64,000 bases of DNA from Candidatus Latescibacterota bacterium. Its GTDB lineage: Bacteria > Latescibacterota > UBA2968 > UBA8231. The notes below the pieces were generated by a model that saw only the letters and a program-made list of their open reading frames with translations, did no database searches and was not told the origin of the DNA. The first letter of the stretch is position 1. Every line of letters starts with the position of its first letter. Position numbers and translations under genes: made by a program. The stretch lies in assembly GCA_965197905.1 (NCBI GenBank), contig CBDAOB010000004.1, positions 1,440,001 to 1,504,000 of the forward strand, written 5' to 3'. Positions 1 to 8,082 of the stretch are shown piece after piece.

Positions 1-447
1 CTGGGCGCGGGCCCTGCGGGCATGTTCGATCAGAAAGACACCTATTTCAACGTGCAGGAAGGCCGCCTCAAGCTGCGGCTCATCGGACCCGACGACGGCC
101 ACCTCATCTTCTACCGCCGAGAAGACATCTCCGGACCGAAGCGCAGCGATTACGAGATCGCCTTTACGACCGACCCGGAAGCCCTGGGTCTCATGTTACG
201 CCAGGTGCTGGGATCGTGGATCGAGGTCGAAAAAAGACGAGAGGTCTGGCTGTGGGAGAACGTCCGCATCCACCTGGACGAGATAAGGGACCTGGGTACC
301 TTCGTTGAGCTGGAGGCGGTCACCGACGAGAAAGGGGTTCAGGAGAGCCATCAACGGGTCGAAACCCTCATGCGCGCCCTGGAGATCCTGCCAGATCATC
401 TCATCGCCTGTTCCTACGGCGACCTGCTCGCCCAAAAGCGGGGTTAG
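1..447 (+). CDS. CYTH-domain protein (class IV adenylate cyclase-like), probably 5'-truncated by the window edge
   Basis: Q-x-D-T-Y-F, RLKLR, V-x-K-R-R-E, IHLD and FVELE motifs typical of CYTH. The frame is open from base 1. Confidence 0.85.
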   Translation: MGAGPAGMFDQKDTYFNVQEGRLKLRLIGPDDGHLIFYRREDISGPKRSDYEIAFTTDPEALGLMLRQVLGSWIEVEKRREVWLWENVRIHLDEIRDLGTFVELEAVTDEKGVQESHQRVETLMRALEILPDHLIACSYGDLLAQKRG

Positions 448-535
448 CTCACCTCGGGTCCAGGCGTCTAAGCCCTCTTTTCTTGCCGCAACGTAACTTG
501 CTTGAGCGTGTGATTTACGCTTATATTGATGCATC

Positions 536-934
536 ATGGCCACAGACGACGAACAAATCAAAGGCGTTCTCGTTCAAATCTTTGGGGACGAATATCAGAT
601 AGCCAGCGATGGCGACGACGTAGCCGATATTCAACGGGTTGCGTCATACGTCGACCAGAAGATGCGGGAATTGGCTGGGAAACAAGGGGGGTCCGTTTCC
701 AAGGGTCGTCTCGCTGTCTGGACGGCCATGGAGATCGCCGCCGAATTGTTCAGCACTGCCCAAGAGAGGAACATGCTCACCGCAAAGGCGCACGAAAATC
801 TCGACCGCCTCACGAAGCTGGTCGAAGAACGCGCCGACATCTCCTCAGGGTTGGGAAAGCGGGAGACCGTGCCCGACGAGCAGCTGTTGCGCTCGCCAAG
901 GATTCGCCAGCGAGATCCGTCCCGCGTAGGATGA
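536..934 (+). CDS. zapA: Cell division protein ZapA family
   Basis: V-x-I-F-G-x-E-Y-x-I ... VASYVDQKMRE ... LAV-x-T-A-M-x-I-A-x-E-L pattern followed by a coiled coil. Confidence 0.85.
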   Translation: MATDDEQIKGVLVQIFGDEYQIASDGDDVADIQRVASYVDQKMRELAGKQGGSVSKGRLAVWTAMEIAAELFSTAQERNMLTAKAHENLDRLTKLVEERADISSGLGKRETVPDEQLLRSPRIRQRDPSRVG

Positions 935-1320
935 AGAGCGTTGCCGGCCTCGCCGCGCTCATCCTGATTGCCCATTGCAGCTGCGCCACCACTCCTAAAT
1001 ATGACGAGAACGACTGCGCTCTCTTTACGGAGATCGATCCCGTCCGCGTAAATCCGGCCGGGGCCCTCGATCGACATCTACGGGTTGAGGCTGCCTTTAA
1101 GGTGTGTCCTCCCGGCACAGGTCTGGATGAGATCAAACGCAAGCGCATCGAACTCAAACACAACCTCGTCGCGCTGCTGAGCAGCACCTCCACGGTGCAG
1201 TTGGAAGATCCGCTCCGGGTCGAGAAACTGCGTCAGGCGATCAAGGAGATGTCGAACGAGAAGGTGATGAAGAAGGGCCGCGTAGTCGACGTGCTGATAA
1301 CCGCATTCGAGTTGGAGTAA
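931..1320 (+). CDS. FliL-like lipoprotein (129 aa)
   Basis: ATG at 931 overlaps the zapA stop (ATGA). Signal peptide ends in Cys. C-terminal FliL-like pattern: VN...RHLRV...LLSS...L...EKLR...I...N...V.DVLIT.F. Confidence 0.65.
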   Translation: MKSVAGLAALILIAHCSCATTPKYDENDCALFTEIDPVRVNPAGALDRHLRVEAAFKVCPPGTGLDEIKRKRIELKHNLVALLSSTSTVQLEDPLRVEKLRQAIKEMSNEKVMKKGRVVDVLITAFELE

Positions 1321-1324
1321 TATC

Positions 1325-2704
1325 TCACCTGCCGTAGGCCGCGGCGTTCAAAAAGTCCTCCACCGCGTCACACAATGCCATCGCTTCAGCGGCGTTGGCA
1401 CTTTCCGCACATACCCTGATCACCGGTTCGGTGTTGGATGCCCGCAGATGAATCCACGGGCAGGACAGCGTACCGTTGAGATACAGTTTGGTTCCGTCCT
1501 CGACGGGATGCTCGTAGGCATCCGGATGGGTCTCTCGCAGCCACGAAATGGCCTGCTCCATGACACCTTCAGTGCAGCTCAACTTGCGTTTGCTCAGATA
1601 ATACCGCGGCAGCGCGCCGATCAGGAGCGATAACCCGGTACCTGCACGTGACAATGCTTCGAGGGTAAGCGCTATGCCCAAAGCGGCGTCGCGCCCCGGC
1701 ACGACATCGGTGATGATGACACCACCGTTTCCTTCGCCGCCGACAATGGCTTGCAGCTCTATCATCGCTTCCGTCACGTGCACTTCGCCCACCGCCGTGA
1801 GCACTACCGAACACCCTTGCGACTCGGCCACATCGCTGACAGTTTGGGAGGTCGACAACGTCGTTACTACGGGTCCCCGCCGCGGTGCCGTCACCGTCTG
1901 CACCGCCAGCGCCAGCGTGTAGTCCTCCCCCACCGGGTTCCCATGCTCGTCCACCAGTGCCACCCGGTCTCCATCGGGATCGACCGCGAATCCGGCCGCG
2001 GCCGCGTGAGCGCGTACCGCGTCGCCGAGAGCGCTCAAGTTCTCAGGCAACGGTTCCGGATCGCGGGCGAACTGTCCGTTGGGTTCGGCGTTGATCGAGT
2101 CGACTCTCACGCCTAGCTCGTCAAACAGATAAGGGACCAGAATGCTGCCCACGCCGTTGCAGTAGTCGATGGCGACTCTGAGCTCTGCACGGCGGATCCG
2201 TTCAACGTCCACCTGGTCAAGGATACGCTCGATGTGGGCACGATTGCACTCGCTTCGCGGGTACGAGCGCGATTCTCCGTTTTCCGCTTCGCGAAAATCT
2301 TCTGCGTCGAAGATCTGCTCTACTTGCTCCCCCTCCGTTGCGTTCAAAAACACACCGTCCCCGCGGACCATCTTGAGCCCGTTCCACTGACCGGGATTGT
2401 GGCTGGCAGTGACGATCAACGCGCCGTTGGCCCGCAGCTTACCCACCATCAACTTGGTGGTGGGCGTGGAGCAGATTCCCAGGTCCACCACAGCACAGCC
2501 GGTCTGTTGCAGCGCCGCCACGCAGACGGCTCCGAACTCTTCTCCCGACAGCCGTGTGTCGCGGGCGATAAGCACTGTACTTTGGGCGGGCATCCAGGTG
2601 CCGAAAGCGCTCGCAAAACGAGCCACGATCTCTGCAGTAAGCCCGGCTCCGACGATCCCGCGGATTCCGGAGATGCCGACGATAAGCGGTGTTTCGGACG
2701 TCAT
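1325..2704 (-). CDS. Phosphoglucosamine mutase / phosphomannomutase family
   Basis: SGIRG N-terminus, TASHNP phosphoserine loop, DPDGDR metal loop, GGEGNGG, RASNTEP. Confidence 0.9.
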   Translation of the reverse strand: MTSETPLIVGISGIRGIVGAGLTAEIVARFASAFGTWMPAQSTVLIARDTRLSGEEFGAVCVAALQQTGCAVVDLGICSTPTTKLMVGKLRANGALIVTASHNPGQWNGLKMVRGDGVFLNATEGEQVEQIFDAEDFREAENGESRSYPRSECNRAHIERILDQVDVERIRRAELRVAIDYCNGVGSILVPYLFDELGVRVDSINAEPNGQFARDPEPLPENLSALGDAVRAHAAAAGFAVDPDGDRVALVDEHGNPVGEDYTLALAVQTVTAPRRGPVVTTLSTSQTVSDVAESQGCSVVLTAVGEVHVTEAMIELQAIVGGEGNGGVIITDVVPGRDAALGIALTLEALSRAGTGLSLLIGALPRYYLSKRKLSCTEGVMEQAISWLRETHPDAYEHPVEDGTKLYLNGTLSCPWIHLRASNTEPVIRVCAESANAAEAMALCDAVEDFLNAAAYGR

Positions 2705-2707
2705 CTG

Positions 2708-3484
2708 TCAGCGATACTCCACTGTAACCGGATCCCCGACCTGGAGCCCTAGCTGGGAGGCGGCGCTGCCCTGGTTGACGGAGATCTCGAGTCGGTCGGA
2801 ACTGCCGAGCAGGGCCAAGACAACGCCGGGTTCCGCGTCACCATACGTGTGGCGCAGTCCCGTCACCGTGCAGCTTCCGACGCGAATCTCGAGCGGCCGC
2901 CTCACCTCTCTCAAGTTGGCCCGGGCAATATTTGTGATCAGGTTGCCAAAGCGATCGACCGAAATAATCTCCCCGCGGATCAGATTGCCCTCTTGCACCA
3001 GTGGCGCGATGTCCAGACGGGCGGGGTCGGCAATGGGGGGACCCACCTCTCGAGGTTCGATCCCCTGCGTCAGATGGGCGGCTATGGGAGCGAAGATATC
3101 CCGACCATGAAAGGTTGAGCTGACGGTACCGGGGATCAGCTCCGAAGCCGCAATCTCGAAGGCCTCGCACGTAGGGTCGGATAGTGCAAAGTGAAACAGA
3201 CCGTTGTCCGGCCCCACCCAAAACACCTCGCAGGCACGCAGGACCAGTCCGCGCCGCGGACCCCCGACCCCCGGATCCACCACCGCCAGATGCACAGTTC
3301 CGGGAGGAAACTCGCGGGCGGCATGCCAGAGCGTGAAGGCCCCAGCCTGGATGTCACACGTTGGAATCGCGTGGGTGAGATCGATGACGGCGGCCTGCGG
3401 ATTGATTGCCAGGATCGCGCCTTTCATGGCGCCCACGTAGTGGTCGCGGTAACCGAAGTCAGATGTCAGTGTTACCAGGGACAT
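2708..3484 (-). CDS. SAM hydroxide adenosyltransferase (DUF62; chlorinase/fluorinase superfamily)
   Basis: LTSDFG, VVDPGVG..RR, GPDNG, STFHGRDIF, DRFGN, LEIS-x-N-x-GSA motifs. Confidence 0.9.
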   Translation of the reverse strand: MSLVTLTSDFGYRDHYVGAMKGAILAINPQAAVIDLTHAIPTCDIQAGAFTLWHAAREFPPGTVHLAVVDPGVGGPRRGLVLRACEVFWVGPDNGLFHFALSDPTCEAFEIAASELIPGTVSSTFHGRDIFAPIAAHLTQGIEPREVGPPIADPARLDIAPLVQEGNLIRGEIISVDRFGNLITNIARANLREVRRPLEIRVGSCTVTGLRHTYGDAEPGVVLALLGSSDRLEISVNQGSAASQLGLQVGDPVTVEYR

Positions 3485-3495
3485 CAGCCGCTGCG

Positions 3496-4152
3496 TTACT
3501 GGGACGCAGTGGAACCGGATTCCGCATCGGCGGACTCCTCCCCGCCTCCTTCTTCTGCGGCACCCTCTCCTGTGACACCTCCCTGCTCGTCGCCACCTTC
3601 GCCCGCAGAGCCGTTTTGCCCGCTCTGGCCTTCTCCCTCCGAGCCGGTCTGACTCCCGCTCTCATTGGAACCTTCCGCTGCCGGCTGCTGACTGCCATTT
3701 TCTCCCTCGCCCGAGGAATCCGATGTTTCGCCTGTCGTGGTCAGCTCGAGATCGATCGACACCCTGGTGGTGTCACCGGCGGCAATCGTAATGTTTTGCT
3801 GCATCCCGCGGAACAACTCGTTGCCGTCCAGATCGTAGCCAACCAGGAACAAGACATACCCGCGGCCGGGCGGAATGGTGCCAATGGTTCCGGTCGCCGG
3901 TCCCAACGGTGAGATATGAAGCTCCTTGACCACCGAATCCATTTCCGTGCTCACGAGAATAGCTTCCACCCGATGAACCACGCTCAGGAGTATCTTCGAC
4001 AGCGGAATGGTGAGAGTTATGCTGGAACTCGACGACGCGGCGCCTGCGGTTGGATCAACGGGGTTGTCGCGTTCCAGATCGCTGCAGCGAAAGAAGACAA
4101 TCCACGTAAACAGAGCTAGAACACCAGCTGTTTTCCAGGTCAATCCTATCAT
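3496..4152 (-). CDS. Hypothetical lipoprotein with acidic Gly/Glu/Ser-rich C-terminal tail
   Basis: Start at ATG 4152 gives a hydrophobic signal ending in Cys, then SDLERDNPVDP, a beta-rich domain and a low-complexity tail. Same strand, 11 nt before the DUF62 gene. Confidence 0.65.
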   Translation of the reverse strand: MIGLTWKTAGVLALFTWIVFFRCSDLERDNPVDPTAGAASSSSSITLTIPLSKILLSVVHRVEAILVSTEMDSVVKELHISPLGPATGTIGTIPPGRGYVLFLVGYDLDGNELFRGMQQNITIAAGDTTRVSIDLELTTTGETSDSSGEGENGSQQPAAEGSNESGSQTGSEGEGQSGQNGSAGEGGDEQGGVTGEGAAEEGGGEESADAESGSTASQ

Positions 4153-4263
4153 CCGCGGGTCAAATCCGTTTTCGGTATGGAGTCCTGTTGCAAATGTAAT
4201 GGTAATCGCCACGCTCAACCACCAGGGTTGCTTGACTTCCGGAATGGGCACCAGTAACCTTCG

Positions 4264-5508
4264 GTGGTGTCTGCTTTCCTGCTTCTCCTCGCGCTCTCCA
4301 GCTTCCTATCCTGTTCCCGCTTCGATCCCACCAAGAAGACGTCCGCTGCCGAACCGCCGGCCCTCCAGGCTCGTTTCGAAAGTGAGTGTGCCTGCGCCCG
4401 TCTGTCATGGATTCGATCTCGAGATCCGGAGTTTCGCGCCTATCAAGTTCAGCAGTATGTAGAAGATGAATGGACAACCTTCGAATCTGCGGAATCGATC
4501 GACGACACCACCCTTCGCGCCTTCGGACTCGAGGCGAATCGTCCGTACCAGTACCGCGTTCTGACGCAAACCGAGAAGAAGAACATCCCCACCAACCCTG
4601 TGCGAGGGCGGATCCATGGTTTCGCCAATACGTGGCCGGCAGCCCCCCCCAGCGTCAACTTTCTGCCCACTCGGCTCGCAGTCGACGACGAGGGCGTCGT
4701 CTTGGTGGTGGGTGCGGGGACGGGGATGGTGCTACGGTTCGACCGGGCAGGCAACCCCCTGAACTCCCTGCGGTTTGCAGATGCGCGGCTGGCGTGCCTG
4801 GGTTTGGGCGCTCTGGATGGACCCGGTTTGGCGCTGGACTCGAAGCAGAATGTCTACGTCGTCTACAACGTGCTGAAGAAAGGCACTACCCCTGAAGCCT
4901 TTTGGGCAAAGTTCGACGCGGCAGGGTCGCAGGTCTGGAACCGCCCGCTCGAAGGGCTGTTTGCGCGCCATGTCGCCATTGACGAGAGCGATCACATCTT
5001 CATCGAGAGCCTCGGTCAAATCCGTCGTTATGATGAAAGTGGGAAGCTTCTGTTTCAGGGGTTGCTTCCGCCGCTGATGGTCTCTCGAATGCAACTTTGG
5101 GATGGGAAGTTTGCCGTCCTCGTTCATTCCTTTGAAGGAAACTCTCAGATGAAGTTGCAGCTGTACGAGGATCCGGTTAGATCGCCCGCGAAAAGCACGT
5201 TGACTCATGAGCTTCCCGTTCCTGTGGCTGCTGATTTTTCCATGGAGCATGCGCATTCTCGCATCTTCGTAGTGAATTCGCGCGCCGATCGCATCGAGGT
5301 TTTTCGCGACGGACAAACTCACACCTGGTGGGGATCCAGCGGCAAAGGCGAGTTCGCGTTCTCTGGCAAGGCCGCCGTTATAGATAATCTTGAGTCGGGC
5401 AGGCTGCTAGAAAGAGAGGTTGTCGCCGGTGGCATCGCGCGCGACGCATCCGGTTCGGTGTACGTCGCCGACACCTTCAACAACCGCATTCAGAAGTTCT
5501 GGCCATGA
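4264..5508 (+). CDS. Lipoprotein with FN3-like domain and NHL-repeat beta-propeller
   Basis: Lipobox FLSC; GLEANRPYQYRV (FN3-like); C-terminal GIARDASGSVYVADTFNNRIQKF (NHL). Confidence 0.75.
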   Translation: MVSAFLLLLALSSFLSCSRFDPTKKTSAAEPPALQARFESECACARLSWIRSRDPEFRAYQVQQYVEDEWTTFESAESIDDTTLRAFGLEANRPYQYRVLTQTEKKNIPTNPVRGRIHGFANTWPAAPPSVNFLPTRLAVDDEGVVLVVGAGTGMVLRFDRAGNPLNSLRFADARLACLGLGALDGPGLALDSKQNVYVVYNVLKKGTTPEAFWAKFDAAGSQVWNRPLEGLFARHVAIDESDHIFIESLGQIRRYDESGKLLFQGLLPPLMVSRMQLWDGKFAVLVHSFEGNSQMKLQLYEDPVRSPAKSTLTHELPVPVAADFSMEHAHSRIFVVNSRADRIEVFRDGQTHTWWGSSGKGEFAFSGKAAVIDNLESGRLLEREVVAGGIARDASGSVYVADTFNNRIQKFWP

Positions 5509-5532
5509 TCCGCTTGTGTCTCCGCTCGGTCG

Positions 5533-5561
5533 TTGACATTGGCAAGTACTATTCGTAAAAT
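5533..5561 (+). promoter_or_regulatory. Sigma70-type promoter upstream of infA
   Basis: TTGACA (5533-5538), 17-nt spacer, TAAAAT (5556-5561). Confidence 0.75.
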
Positions 5562-5650
5562 ATTGAACGTGCAATAGCGTTTGTAAGGCAGGTTTTCGGA
5601 TTTTGTGGAGCATGTATGGGTCGCTGAGAACAGTCCTTTCGTAGCACTGT

Positions 5651-5703
5651 AGAGCGAGTGAGAATCAAGGGCTGTTTTGAGTGACTCACTCGCTTTTTAT
5701 TTT
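5651..5703 (+). terminator. Terminator-like hairpin inside the infA leader
   Basis: AGAGCGAGTGAG (5651-5662) pairs with CTCACTCGCTTT (5685-5696), followed by a T-rich run. Confidence 0.55.
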
Positions 5704-5749
5704 CCGCCGAACGACCGAGACTTGCCAGAACCCTTCGAATTGGAGAGAA

Positions 5750-5968
5750 ATGGCGAAGGAAGAATCGATCGAGGTTCAGGGCGTGGTCAAGGAGGCGTTG
5801 CCCAATGCCTACTTCAAAGTCGAAATGGAGAATGGTCACGAAATCCTGGCACACTTGTCCGGCAAGATGCGCAAGTACTACATTCGCGTGCTGCCGGGCG
5901 ATCAAGTGACCGTAGCCCTGTCTCCGTACGATCTGAGCCGTGGACGAATTACGTTTCGCAATCGTTAG
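5750..5968 (+). CDS. infA: Translation initiation factor IF-1
   Basis: 72 aa: [11 protein letters not shown]...[20 protein letters not shown]...[28 protein letters not shown] upstream. Confidence 0.97.
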   Translation: MAKEESIEVQGVVKEALPNAYFKVEMENGHEILAHLSGKMRKYYIRVLPGDQVTVALSPYDLSRGRITFRNR

Positions 5969-6123
5969 TTTTTCTGCGGTTCGATTCGTCTGACGCAGAT
6001 TAACGCCTCTTTTCTGTCCCCTGCTTTAGCTCGAAGCTCCCAGCGTTCGGGCGCTGAGGCATGGCGGCCCACCGCGAAGTACCCTTCACATCGCCCAAAG
6101 GCTCCCGATACCGAGTAGCGACG

Positions 6124-7683
6124 ATGCGCGAATACAAAGCATGGCCTTTCCAAGAAGCCCGAAAGATTCTCGAACAGCGCCCCCACCGCGACGACCGCCC
6201 GGTCCTGTTTGAAACCGGCTTCGGTCCCAGCGGACTTCCGCACATCGGCACGTTCGCGGAGGTTGCAAGGACGACCTTCGTGCGCCAAGCCTACACCTAT
6301 TTGACCGACGCCCCTTCACGTTTGGTGGCGTTTAGCGATGACATGGACGGCTTGCGCAAAGTGCCACTGAATCTTCCCAATGCGGAGATGCTCGCCACGA
6401 ACCTGGGCGTGCCGCTGCACGCCATCCCGGATCCGTTCGGAAAGTGCGACAGCTATAGCGCTTATATGAACGGCAAGCTACAGGAATTCCTCGATGCGTA
6501 CGGCTTTGACTACGAATTCCAAAGCTCGCGCGAAGCCTACGTCAGGGGCGATTTCGACGCAGGCCTTGCGATCCTTCTGCGCGAAGTAGAGAAGGTCAAG
6601 AATCTGATCCTTCCCACCCTGCGACAGGAAAACCGCGAAGGTTGGTCGCCGTTCTTTCCCATCTGTCCGCAGTGCGGTTCGGTCTACGCCACCAGAGTTG
6701 TCGACTATCACGTCGACCGGCAGAGCGTCGATTTCGTCTGTGACCGCCAGCTTGAGGGCGCGGCCGGCTGCGGTGCGTCGGGAGAGCAGTCGATCCTAGG
6801 GGGTCAGGCCAAGGTAAACTGGAAGGTAGACTGGGCGTTGCGTTGGTACACCTATGAGGTGGACTACGAGATGTACGGCAAGGACCTGATCGACTCCGCC
6901 AAACTATCGGGCCGAATCCTACGGCTTATGGGCAAGGTGCCTCCCGTGGGATTGACCTACGAGCTCTTTCTGGACGAAGAGGGCGGCAAGATTTCCAAGA
7001 GTGTGGGTAGAGGCCTGACCGTGGATGCATGGGTCGAGTACGCGCCCATCGAATCATTGTTGTATTACATCCTGCAAAACCCCAAACGCGCCCGTCGGCT
7101 CTACTGGGATGTGGTGCCCAAGTGCGTAGACGATTACCTGGAAGCCCTGCGCCGCTTCGACCAGATCGACGCAGACGATCGCCCGGAGCAGGATATCTGG
7201 CACATCTTTGGACCAGGCTCCGCCGCACCCCGTTACGACGCTGCGGTTAATTTCAGTATGGTGAACAACCTGATCGCTGCCTTGGGATCGGATTCGTTCG
7301 AGTTGCTGCTCGATTACCTGGTGCGCTACGACGACCAAGCCCTGAAGTACCAGGATGTGGTGCGAGATCTGGTGGAGAAGGGGTTGAACTACTACCGGGA
7401 TTTTGTGCTCCCGAACAAGAAGTTCAGGCATGCTACATCCGATGAACGAAATCTTTTCGGTACTATGCGCGACCTCCTGGCTGGCGTCGGCGCCGAAGAT
7501 GAAGAGACCCTGCAGGCCATCCCGTTTGAGGTCGCCCGCCACGCCGGCGTGGAGCCGAGGGAACTGTTTCGCTCGTTCTACGAAGTAATGCTGGGACAGG
7601 AAAGGGGTCCGCGATTCGGATCGTTCGTCAAGCTGGTTGGAAGAGAGCGGGTCTTGACGATGCTGGCGGAAAAATCGAGCTGA
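6124..7683 (+). CDS. lysS: Lysine--tRNA ligase, class I
   Basis: AWPF.EA N-terminus, FETGFGPSGLPHIGT (HIGH-like), DDMDGLRKVP, KVDWALRW, EMYGKDL, KISKS (KMSKS-like), GQERGPRFGSF. Start probably ATG 6124. Confidence 0.95.
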   Translation: MREYKAWPFQEARKILEQRPHRDDRPVLFETGFGPSGLPHIGTFAEVARTTFVRQAYTYLTDAPSRLVAFSDDMDGLRKVPLNLPNAEMLATNLGVPLHAIPDPFGKCDSYSAYMNGKLQEFLDAYGFDYEFQSSREAYVRGDFDAGLAILLREVEKVKNLILPTLRQENREGWSPFFPICPQCGSVYATRVVDYHVDRQSVDFVCDRQLEGAAGCGASGEQSILGGQAKVNWKVDWALRWYTYEVDYEMYGKDLIDSAKLSGRILRLMGKVPPVGLTYELFLDEEGGKISKSVGRGLTVDAWVEYAPIESLLYYILQNPKRARRLYWDVVPKCVDDYLEALRRFDQIDADDRPEQDIWHIFGPGSAAPRYDAAVNFSMVNNLIAALGSDSFELLLDYLVRYDDQALKYQDVVRDLVEKGLNYYRDFVLPNKKFRHATSDERNLFGTMRDLLAGVGAEDEETLQAIPFEVARHAGVEPRELFRSFYEVMLGQERGPRFGSFVKLVGRERVLTMLAEKSS

Positions 7684-7720
7684 ACGCCGGTGCGGCCGCC
7701 CCGATCGCGAAGACGGTTGT

Positions 7721-8017
7721 TCAGGGAAGCTGGATAGCGGGGGTTTCTTCGTTCGCTCGGTAGAGCAGCACCGTTTGACCGAGAATCTGCACCAGATGAG
7801 AAGCGGTTCGCCGCGCCAGAACCGGGCCCGCCTCCTTGCGATCGATCGGGCAACCTCGCTCCAGCTTGATTTTGATCAGTTCGTGGTTAGAGTAGGCATC
7901 CTCGATGGATCGCAGCAATTCCGGCGACACACCTTCTTTGCCCACGTTGACGGACGGTTTCAGGCGATTGCCCAAGCCCCGCAGAAACCTCCGCTGTTTG
8001 CCGTTCAGGTCATTCAT
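7721..8017 (-). CDS. yhbY: YhbY/CRM-domain RNA-binding protein
   Basis: L.GKQRRFLRG.G..LKP.V.VGKEG...HELIKIK...VQ.LG.TVLLYR. Confidence 0.92.
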   Translation of the reverse strand: MNDLNGKQRRFLRGLGNRLKPSVNVGKEGVSPELLRSIEDAYSNHELIKIKLERGCPIDRKEAGPVLARRTASHLVQILGQTVLLYRANEETPAIQLP

Positions 8018-8082
8018 TTCACCGTAAGATAGAGTTCCGGTTTCCGGGCGTCGAGGAGGAACGGTTTTTGCCACCTCCGCTC

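Noticed and set aside
935..1324. 6S RNA downstream of zapA
   Set aside because: The space is fully occupied by the coupled FliL-like CDS.
2708..3484. Possible SAM-dependent halogenase (fluorinase/chlorinase)
   Set aside because: It retains the Asp/Arg/His pattern of DUF62 SAM hydrolases (VVDPGVG..RR, TFHGRD) and has no biosynthetic cluster context.
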